From a virus, in the IMG/VR virus record IMGVR_UViG_3300024999_000040, positions 32,001 to 96,000 of that record: a stretch of 64,000 nt of DNA, one strand, 5' to 3'. Position numbers and translations under genes: made by a program. The notes under the pieces were generated by a model, which was not told the origin of the DNA, did no database searches, and saw only the letters and a list, made by a program, of their open reading frames with translations. Below, piece after piece: positions 56,381 through 64,000 of the stretch (position 1 is its first letter; each line of letters begins with the position of its first letter).

Positions 56381-59173
56381 TTACTTTAATATTTCTTTTA
56401 ATTCATCTGCGAACAAACAATATTTACCTTTATTTCTACTTTTATTTTCATTAGTATTATATGTAATATACAGTTCATCTTTTGCTCTAGTGATATCAAC
56501 AAATAGAAGTCTTCTTTCTTCTTCAAGTAAATTCAAATCGTCTTGAATTTCGTCATATTTAAATGAATTAATAGTTGTAATAACTACACTCCATTCCTTG
56601 CCTTTGCTACTATGTGCTGTTGTCAAAGTTACTACATTGTATTTATTTTCATCTTTTTCTATGCTTGTATCATCATTATATAAATTTATTTTATAAATAT
56701 GTTCTAAGAAAAGATTAAAATTATCAAAAGTTATTTCTTGTAAATCTTCAATAAAACTTTTTGCTATTTCATCTTTTTCTATAATGGGATCAATTAATTT
56801 ATAAAAATATTCTATTCTTGATTCTTCAGATTTTAAACTACTGAATTCCTCTATTATTTTTATTTTAAAATCATTACAAAACATTTCAATATATTCCTTA
56901 TTCTTTTCTGAAAGCTCATTAATAAAATACAAATGCTCCATCAAATAATAATCATGTTCATTGTTTTTAAAGAAATTACTTAAATTTATTATGTGCTGAA
57001 CATTTACATTATCGATATATAACTCACTTGCTTCTATCACATTAGGAATATTTTCTTTTTTAAAGTAACTTTGAATTTCCAGTAATTCTTTTTTGGTTCT
57101 TGCTATTATACAAACTTCATATTTTGGAATGCCTTTAGATATACTCTCTTTTACAAAATTGGTAATACCAATGTATTCATTTTCTAAAGTATCATAAGGT
57201 ATTAAGATAGGTACTTTACCATTACTTCTTCTGCCAATAATTTCTTTATCAATTCTTTGTGTATTTAATTTGTTTAACTCATTAGCAACATAACATATTT
57301 CATTTGTTGACCTAAAATTATCAAGCAGAAAAACGTCATTTACATTTGTAAATTGTTTATCAAAGTTTAAAATGTTCTCAGGCGTAGTATTTCGAAATGA
57401 GTAAATTGCCTGTGAATCATCTCCGACAACCATTAATGAATTCATATTATTATATTTTTCTAATAAATGTAATAACTTTACTTGTGTAAAATCTGTATCT
57501 TGATATTCATCTATTATAACATGCTTAAATCCATATTTGTCAATTAAATTAATATCTACTTCAAATAGTTCAATTAAGTATAATATCTGGTCTTGATACT
57601 GTATTAACCCCTTAGATTTTAGCTTTTCATTAAACTTAGAATACATCTCATAAATAAGATCAGCCTTATTTGATTCTACATTAAAATCCTTTTCTCTTGA
57701 CAAAATTTTCTCATTAAATGTTCCAACACTATAATCATAACTTTTTATAATATTGAAATATATCACAAGTTGCTTAAAAGCCCCTTTAGCATTAGGATAA
57801 TTAAGTAGTGGATTCCTATAATTTAACCATTCTATTTTACTATACTCTTCTATTTCAAACAGTTCTTTAATAATATCATTTACATCTATAGAGTTTGCCA
57901 ACTTAGGTTGTACTGAAAACCCTAGTTTATTCCATTCTTTAGATACTATGCTATCTCCAAAAGAGTTAAAGGTAAAAATATTGAGATTATTAACATTTAT
58001 GTTTTTGATTCCATAATAACTTAACCAATAGTTAATTTTATCTCTTAATTCTTGCGCTCCTTTATTAGTGAAGGTTATTAATAATATATCTCTTGGAGTA
58101 TACCCCTTCTTGAACAATTCTATTGTCCTCATGACCATACTTGATGATTTTCCTGAACCTGCAACAGCATTTATCCTATAATTACCATGTTCTATTTCTA
58201 CAATCTGTTTTTGATCTTTTGTTAGTTTAAGTTCTCCGCTAGATTTCTTAGAATCTATAACTATTTTCATATCCAATTTATTATTAGTATCTTCATAATT
58301 ACATAGAGTTGAATAATTACAAAAATCACAATCGGAAGATTTACATTTTTCTGAATTAAAATTCAAATCAGAATTTAAAAGTTCTATAATTTCAGCATCT
58401 AGGGATTTATCATAATTAAAAGTTATGATATTGTTCCCTTCGGAATTATTAAAATATAGAACATCAGATATTTCCTTAATTTGTTTTTCGTGTTCTTTTT
58501 GCAACTTTTTATCAGGGTAACTAATTAGTTTTAGATTATTTAATACTTCAGTCAGTTCATTTTCATCCGTCAAAAATTGAGAATAAAGGGCTTCTTTATC
58601 CTTCTTCCCTTTTAAATGATAAAATGAAGATATAATTGGTTTACCTTTACTAGCGTATAATTGCTCCCCTAACTTTTTCAAAAGATATAATTCTATATCA
58701 TTCTCAGGTAAATTCTTATCTGTTCTTGCCTTATAACTCAATTCAGTTGCACCCATCTTATATTTTATTATTTCAATACTTTCAGGATTCTCAAAACCCA
58801 CATCAGCATTTATTTCTATTTCTTGATCATTTATTGAAACATTCCCATATATAGTTTTAGCTATTATTTCTCTATTCTTCAGCTTCTCAAAAGTTATATA
58901 TCTTGATAAATGGGAAAATATTATATTTATTTCTACTGTTTTCTCTTGTTTTGTTAAGAAAAACTTTTCTTCTATTAGGTTTTCTATCAAAGATTTTAAC
59001 TCTGTATCCTTTAGGTTAACAAAATCATAATCCTTAATAATAGTTTTATATATTTGGGAAATCATACTGGACTTATTATTAAGAGTCTTAAAATTGCTAA
59101 ATTGAGATACATAGGCTTTAAATTTACAATCTTTTATATTTTTGAGTTGATATAATTTTATTTTATTTTTCAT
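56381..59173 (-). CDS. UvrD/PcrA-like SF1 helicase with an N-terminal PD-(D/E)XK-like/Fe-S domain
   Basis: AVAGSGKSS, ITFTNK, DEYQD, VGDDSQAIYSFR, TAHSSKGKEW and EERRLLFV. N-terminal ADV...IIKYK and C...DCDFC.Y..LC. Confidence 0.88.
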   Translation of the reverse strand: MKNKIKLYQLKNIKDCKFKAYVSQFSNFKTLNNKSSMISQIYKTIIKDYDFVNLKDTELKSLIENLIEEKFFLTKQEKTVEINIIFSHLSRYITFEKLKNREIIAKTIYGNVSINDQEIEINADVGFENPESIEIIKYKMGATELSYKARTDKNLPENDIELYLLKKLGEQLYASKGKPIISSFYHLKGKKDKEALYSQFLTDENELTEVLNNLKLISYPDKKLQKEHEKQIKEISDVLYFNNSEGNNIITFNYDKSLDAEIIELLNSDLNFNSEKCKSSDCDFCNYSTLCNYEDTNNKLDMKIVIDSKKSSGELKLTKDQKQIVEIEHGNYRINAVAGSGKSSSMVMRTIELFKKGYTPRDILLITFTNKGAQELRDKINYWLSYYGIKNINVNNLNIFTFNSFGDSIVSKEWNKLGFSVQPKLANSIDVNDIIKELFEIEEYSKIEWLNYRNPLLNYPNAKGAFKQLVIYFNIIKSYDYSVGTFNEKILSREKDFNVESNKADLIYEMYSKFNEKLKSKGLIQYQDQILYLIELFEVDINLIDKYGFKHVIIDEYQDTDFTQVKLLHLLEKYNNMNSLMVVGDDSQAIYSFRNTTPENILNFDKQFTNVNDVFLLDNFRSTNEICYVANELNKLNTQRIDKEIIGRRSNGKVPILIPYDTLENEYIGITNFVKESISKGIPKYEVCIIARTKKELLEIQSYFKKENIPNVIEASELYIDNVNVQHIINLSNFFKNNEHDYYLMEHLYFINELSEKNKEYIEMFCNDFKIKIIEEFSSLKSEESRIEYFYKLIDPIIEKDEIAKSFIEDLQEITFDNFNLFLEHIYKINLYNDDTSIEKDENKYNVVTLTTAHSSKGKEWSVVITTINSFKYDEIQDDLNLLEEERRLLFVDITRAKDELYITYNTNENKSRNKGKYCLFADELKEILK

Positions 59174-59195
59174 TAATAAATCCTTCTTTATAATT

Positions 59196-60551
59196 TTATT
59201 TGAAAATTGATTGTTTTTTATTGTTTTTATCCTCTTTTGCTATACTGTAAAAATTAAAAGTTCTGCCTTCAAACATCAAAGGGAAATATCCAGTAGCCCC
59301 ATTTCTTTGTTTTGCAATAATTGCTTTCCTTTTTTGAATTTCAGCCATATCATCAGAATCACTTTCTTTATGAAGAAAAATTACGTTATCAGCATCCTGC
59401 TCTATATCACCACATTCTCTTAAATCGCTCAATCTAGGTTCTCTATTTTCTTTTTCTGTTGCACGATTTAATTGTGCTAACGCAACTACAGGAATATTAA
59501 ATTCTTTTGATAGTGATTTTAAATTTCTACTGATATCTCCAAGTTCTCCATTTCTATTGTCAGTTTTTTTCATAGTCAACATTAACTGAATATAATCTAC
59601 AAATAAAGCATCTAACTTGTTTTTTGATTTTAATTGTCTACAATAAGCACGAATTTCTTGTATGTATTTAAATTCTTCAATTTGCAATGGAAGGCTATTA
59701 ATATATATCAAGGTTTGTTTGTATAATTTATATTCATCTTCTGTCATTAATTTAGGCTTTCTTAATTTATGACTATTAATTTTTGATTCTGAAGATATTA
59801 GTCTTGCCAATAATTGCTTATCAGACATCTCTAAACTTATAAATGGAATATGTAATCCTTTTTTAACAAGATTTCTAGCAATTTGTAATCCGAAAGCGGT
59901 CTTGCCAACAGCAGGTCTAGCCCCAATAATTGTAAATTCTTGTTCATGCAATCCGTCTAACCAATAATCATAATCGGTTAATCCTGTAAAATATTTTTCT
60001 TCATTTCCATTATCTTGATTTCTTTTTCTTTCAATATCTCCATCAAGTTCTTCTGAAGCTTTTTTCATACTTCTATTTTTCTTTTGATCATTTATGTCTA
60101 TTCCAGATATAATTTCTAGGGCATCATTTTTTAAGTCAACAGTATTATCATAGTCTTGCTCATATGCTTTTTCTTGTATTTCTGAAGACTTTTTTATTAA
60201 TTGTCTTCTTATGGATTTTTCTTCTACTATTCTTGAATAATGTTTAGCATTTGCAGTTGTTGGTACATTACTTGAGATATAAGCAAGATAATCATAGCCA
60301 CCAATTGTATCGAAAATATTCTGTAATTTTAATTGTTCTGATACAGTAATTATATCTACTGGTTTATTACCATTATGTAGTTCATAAATAATATCAAATA
60401 TTTCTTGATGTTCTGGCTTATAAAAATCCCTTGAATTTAAAATAGATAAAATATCTGGTATAATATCACTATCCAATAAGGCAGAACCTAATACACTTTG
60501 TTCTGCCTCAATGTTTTGTGGAGGCAACCTACCTAAAGCATTAAAATTCAT
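59196..60551 (-). CDS. dnaB: Replicative helicase DnaB
   Basis: PPQNIEAEQSVLG, GARPAVGKT, DYIQL and DLRECGDIEQDAD. Confidence 0.95.
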   Translation of the reverse strand: MNFNALGRLPPQNIEAEQSVLGSALLDSDIIPDILSILNSRDFYKPEHQEIFDIIYELHNGNKPVDIITVSEQLKLQNIFDTIGGYDYLAYISSNVPTTANAKHYSRIVEEKSIRRQLIKKSSEIQEKAYEQDYDNTVDLKNDALEIISGIDINDQKKNRSMKKASEELDGDIERKRNQDNGNEEKYFTGLTDYDYWLDGLHEQEFTIIGARPAVGKTAFGLQIARNLVKKGLHIPFISLEMSDKQLLARLISSESKINSHKLRKPKLMTEDEYKLYKQTLIYINSLPLQIEEFKYIQEIRAYCRQLKSKNKLDALFVDYIQLMLTMKKTDNRNGELGDISRNLKSLSKEFNIPVVALAQLNRATEKENREPRLSDLRECGDIEQDADNVIFLHKESDSDDMAEIQKRKAIIAKQRNGATGYFPLMFEGRTFNFYSIAKEDKNNKKQSIFK

Positions 60552-60561
60552 AACACCATCC

Positions 60562-61239
60562 TTAATTTACTTCATAATTTGATAAATCTTTATATTGAGG
60601 CTTTTTAGGCTGATTAATAGAATTTTGTTTATTCTTTTTTTCTTCCATATTAATCCAAGTTAAAATAGTATGGTAATGACTAGCTTTCTTTCTTTTTGCT
60701 TCAGTAGGTTTTTCACCTATCCAATTATTCAAACTCTCTATTTTATCATCTATGAATTTCTTATCGTATTTTTCTACTAACTTTTCATATTCATTTTCAG
60801 TCAAAAAAACATATTCCAAATATTGTTTTTTATCTTCTTTGGGTTTTTCTATTTTTATATCGTTTTCAACTAAATTTGTATTAATATTTACTTTCTTTTT
60901 CATCTTCTGAATATTATTTAATAAATTTGGTACATATAAAATTCTTTCATTTTTCCATTTTTCTTTATCAATAGCATCTAATTCACATAGAGTGTTTAAA
61001 ATTTCAGACATTAATTTACCATCAATTTTAAATTTATCTAATAGAATTTTACATGCTCCTTTTGTTTTAGCACAAAATTGATAATCATGAGATGGACTAC
61101 TTCCTAAAACTTCTAATAATTTAAACCAAACTGCATACCCATTATTTTGATATAACATTTCCAATGTTTTTATTGTTGTGCTTTCTTTTAATAAATGAGG
61201 GAAAAAGTCTATAGATTGTTTAGGTTTCCCTGCCATCAT
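60562..61239 (-). CDS. Putative replication initiator (DUF4373/Lin1244-like N-terminus)
   Basis: IDFFPH...GYAVWFKLLE, V.LTENEYEKL and HYHTILTW, located between ssb and dnaB. Confidence 0.65.
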   Translation of the reverse strand: MMAGKPKQSIDFFPHLLKESTTIKTLEMLYQNNGYAVWFKLLEVLGSSPSHDYQFCAKTKGACKILLDKFKIDGKLMSEILNTLCELDAIDKEKWKNERILYVPNLLNNIQKMKKKVNINTNLVENDIKIEKPKEDKKQYLEYVFLTENEYEKLVEKYDKKFIDDKIESLNNWIGEKPTEAKRKKASHYHTILTWINMEEKKNKQNSINQPKKPQYKDLSNYEVN

Positions 61240-61264
61240 ATATCACCTACTTTTAAAAGATTTT

Positions 61265-61289
61265 AGGAGGAGAATATTTCTCCTCCTAT
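61265..61289. terminator. Perfect hairpin downstream of ssb
   Basis: TAGGAGGAGAA-TAT-TTCTCCTCCTA. Confidence 0.65.
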
Positions 61290-61306
61290 AAGTTTACATA
61301 TTTGTA

Positions 61307-61711
61307 TTAAAATGGAAGATCATCGTCTTCCAAAGGATAAAAACCATCTCCCTGTGCTCCAGTAGGTTTTTGTGAAGGTGTTCCTTCACCCTTTTTGCTA
61401 TCTGCAAAATAAGTATCTTCAACAATAACTTCTGTTACATAATGCTTTTTACCTTCGTTATCATCCCAAGTTCTTGTTTCAATTCTTCCTACAATAGCAA
61501 CCTGTGAACCTTTAGTAAAATATTTAGCTACAAATTCTGCTGTCTTTGCCCATGACTGACAATTGATAAAATCTGCTTTCTTTTCTTCCCCTTGTTTTGT
61601 AAATTTTCTGTTTACCGCTAATGTGAAAGAACATACGGCAGTATTATTAGCAGTAGTATACTTCAATTCAGGGTCTTTGGTGAGCCTTCCCATAAGAATT
61701 ACTTTGTTCAT
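61307..61711 (-). CDS. ssb: Single-stranded DNA-binding protein
   Basis: MNKVILMGRLTKDPEL and C-terminal DDDLPF. Confidence 0.96.
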   Translation of the reverse strand: MNKVILMGRLTKDPELKYTTANNTAVCSFTLAVNRKFTKQGEEKKADFINCQSWAKTAEFVAKYFTKGSQVAIVGRIETRTWDDNEGKKHYVTEVIVEDTYFADSKKGEGTPSQKPTGAQGDGFYPLEDDDLPF

Positions 61712-61730
61712 AATTAATTTATCCTCCTAT

Positions 61731-62675
61731 TTATTTTGTTATAGTTATATCCTTTAATGCCTTGATAACGGCATTTGCGACCTCTATGTCCTTAATTGTG
61801 GTATAATTTGCAACTGTGTGTTTTGACTTTATTGCCGTTTTAATGTCTGCCTCTGATACTTTCAATGAAGTTAATTCAGCAACTATAGTCTTAATATCTT
61901 CTTTTGCTTTTGCTAATTCATCAACTACTGATTCATCAATTTTAGATTCATTGAATTTTGGTGTCTCTGATTTAGGTTGTGGTTTAGGGTCTGGAGCATC
62001 TCCACTATTAGCCCAATCATACAATGCCATACCATCTTTTTCTGTCAGCACATCATATCTATTTTCAAAGAGATGTGTATTGTCTTTCATAGCATCAGCA
62101 ATATGTGATTGTTGGTCAATATTGAACGTAACGGTATAGTTGTATTCTGTATTATCTCTCTGTTTATAACCCAATCCAACTTTCTTTGGCACTTGCTTTC
62201 CATTCTTCTCTTCCATAACATATTCGTCTTTTCCTCTGACGGTAGCAAAAATATGTAGTGGAGATTGAAGAATCTTTTCCATAAAAGGGTCATGTCTAGG
62301 AGTAATTTTTACCCAATTAGTATAACTATTTCCTGGCATTTTTGAGTGAACTTCCAAACAATAATCCCATTCATGAGTTATACTATCAATGATTAAAATA
62401 GTGTAACCCCCATCAGCAGCAGCATCTATTGCTTCAATATACTTTTCTGGAGTATAAGGTGCTGATAATTGCAAATCATCAAAATCGAATTCATTTGCAT
62501 AATATCTTATACGTCCATTTTCCGTATCAATTGCTGCAATTTTACCACCAGACTTTTTTGCAAATCCAGTTGCAAGTCTTAACATTGAATATGTTTTGCC
62601 TGAACCCGATGCTCCTGCCCCGAGAACCTTTATCCATATCTGTTCTCTCTTCGCTTTTTTAAAGCCAATTGCCAT
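61731..62675 (-). CDS. Sak4-like AAA ATPase (single-strand annealing recombinase)
   Basis: GASGSGKT, IDTE and IIDSITHEW, adjacent to ssb. Confidence 0.82.
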   Translation of the reverse strand: MAIGFKKAKREQIWIKVLGAGASGSGKTYSMLRLATGFAKKSGGKIAAIDTENGRIRYYANEFDFDDLQLSAPYTPEKYIEAIDAAADGGYTILIIDSITHEWDYCLEVHSKMPGNSYTNWVKITPRHDPFMEKILQSPLHIFATVRGKDEYVMEEKNGKQVPKKVGLGYKQRDNTEYNYTVTFNIDQQSHIADAMKDNTHLFENRYDVLTEKDGMALYDWANSGDAPDPKPQPKSETPKFNESKIDESVVDELAKAKEDIKTIVAELTSLKVSEADIKTAIKSKHTVANYTTIKDIEVANAVIKALKDITITK

Positions 62676-62713
62676 AAATTCTCTTACCCTCTTTCTTTAT
62701 TATATTTATTTTA

Positions 62714-63403
62714 TTATTTGTTATATAAAGGTGAAAACTCACCAAAATATATTAACTCTGCATTATGTCTTGCTTTAACTGCATTTTCAAAATCATCAAA
62801 GTTTCCTAAATAAATTTGTTTGCCTTCAACTGTAATTCTGGCTCTCCAACAATTTTCTTTTTCTCTCCAACCAACGCCAGTTATTCCAGAAGTATTATCT
62901 TTTCTTTTGTTAATATTCATACCATTTTGACTATTTGTAGCAACTCTTAAATTTTTTCTACGATTATCATATTTATGTCTATTTCTATGATCAACTTTAC
63001 TTGATGTATTCATTAATAATTTATGTAATTTAATACCTTTACCATAAATCCTAGTTACTACATATCCGTCTTTATCAAAATACCAACTATGACTTTCAAT
63101 AACTTCTGAATCAATTATGTCATAATAAAACTCTTGATTAGTGTCTGTAAATCCAACTTTATAATTATCTTTAAACTCAAAAATATTAGGTGGAACTGAG
63201 TTTCTTTTTCTTTCTTTATATAGACACCCACAACTTTTGATTCTTTCTGACGTTAAATGGGATGCTCTAACTTCTTTTATTGTTCTTTTCTCACATTGAC
63301 ATTCACAAATCCAATAAGGTCTACCATTTCTATCTTCTGCTCTTTTTATTACTTTAAGTAAACCAAACATTTGCCCTGTTAAATCTTTTAATACATTAAT
63401 CAC
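62714..63403 (-). CDS. HNH-AP2 homing endonuclease
   Basis: DLTGQMFG.L.V, VDHRNR..YDNRRKNLR and AP2 domain SGITGV.W....WRARI...LG.F. Confidence 0.88.
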   Translation of the reverse strand: MINVLKDLTGQMFGLLKVIKRAEDRNGRPYWICECQCEKRTIKEVRASHLTSERIKSCGCLYKERKRNSVPPNIFEFKDNYKVGFTDTNQEFYYDIIDSEVIESHSWYFDKDGYVVTRIYGKGIKLHKLLMNTSSKVDHRNRHKYDNRRKNLRVATNSQNGMNINKRKDNTSGITGVGWREKENCWRARITVEGKQIYLGNFDDFENAVKARHNAELIYFGEFSPLYNK

Positions 63404-63987
63404 TTTCTTTCTATTACTATATCAAAGTCAAATTCAGATAAATATCTTCTTGATGATAGATAGTCACCAATATGGGTTATACTTTGTAATTTATTTTTTG
63501 GTTTTGGAAGCAATTGATTCTTCTTATACTTATCCTTATAATCATAAGCCCAAGAACCCATATGACTACTGATACAACCCTTTATTTGTTCAAGTATATC
63601 TGAATCAATTAAAATATTTAATTCAGCATCATTAGTCAGAAAATCAGCCATTATAGTAGGATGTAATAAGACTGTTCCAGTACCGTTCTCTCCACACTTC
63701 ATACCATCATGTAACAACAAAGAAGCAATTACTATATCCTTTTCTGTATCAGTATACTTCATCATTTCCAGACTAAGCAAATCTACTGCAATTCTTACAG
63801 CTACTTTAGTATGTCTTATCAAACCACCTTCACCTAGACTGAATTTCGGATGATAACGTCCTGATGAACTTGCAGGAATTTCAAAGAAGTAATCTGGAAG
63901 TTTATTAAGTGTTGATTCTGCAAAATTTCTTATCTTCTCGTCTTTTATGTATCCAAGTTCTGTTTCAAATATTTCTAGTCTATTCAA
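63400..63987 (-). CDS. HD-domain phosphohydrolase
   Basis: PASSSGRYHP, GGLIRHT, LLHDG, SHMG and H..DYLSSR. Confidence 0.85.
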   Translation of the reverse strand: MNRLEIFETELGYIKDEKIRNFAESTLNKLPDYFFEIPASSSGRYHPKFSLGEGGLIRHTKVAVRIAVDLLSLEMMKYTDTEKDIVIASLLLHDGMKCGENGTGTVLLHPTIMADFLTNDAELNILIDSDILEQIKGCISSHMGSWAYDYKDKYKKNQLLPKPKNKLQSITHIGDYLSSRRYLSEFDFDIVIERK

Positions 63988-64000
63988 GTTTAACCTCCTT

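Noticed and set aside
40822-60551. Introns or inteins in nrdD, dnaE or dnaB
   Set aside because: The ORFs are continuous and of normal length with no intein-like insertions. The homing endonucleases here are free-standing.
467-62778. Many short ORF-track entries antisense to or nested in long genes (e.g. 467..667, 1540..1833, 9957..10205, 10671..11027, 12801..13046, 33109..33492, 38815..39123, 41516..41773, 61816..62139)
   Set aside because: Shadow ORFs without an RBS or recognisable motifs, overlapping well-supported genes.

Overview
This AT-rich 64-kb window comes from a large temperate tailed phage of a low-GC Firmicute, probably Clostridia, with an SPbeta/c-st-like organisation. The + strand (1-23.3 kb) carries the end of the tape measure gene, the distal tail, tail tip and tail fibre genes, an accessory island and a lysis module. 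The island holds an IS66-family element with an 8-bp TSD, a RelE-type toxin-antitoxin pair, an intact IscB/omegaRNA element and exported proteins. The - strand (23.4-64 kb) starts with a tyrosine integrase, an intact attP containing the 3' half of tRNA-Cys, and an excisionase. It continues with a compact type I-B CRISPR-Cas system without adaptation genes (cas5-cas6-cas8[cas11]-cas7-array of 14 repeats/13 spacers-cas3), about 40 small accessory ORFs, nucleotide metabolism genes (nrdD/G/H, dut, thyX, dNMP kinase) and a replication module (dnaE, UvrD-like, dnaB, ssb, Sak4-like). Four observations stand out. (1) About 20 copies of a palindromic ATAAAA-N6-TTTTAT site, extended CCCA...TGGG, sit almost only at junctions between accessory genes, like recombination sites of a gene-cassette array. 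(2) A free-standing, circularly permuted copy of the tail-tip C-terminal domain has been separated from its RBS by the IscB insertion exactly at its ATG. (3) The CRISPR array lies inside the cas operon, directly before cas3. (4) Macrodomain and NADAR ADP-ribose erasers co-occur. All calls come from reading motifs by eye; no database search was run.
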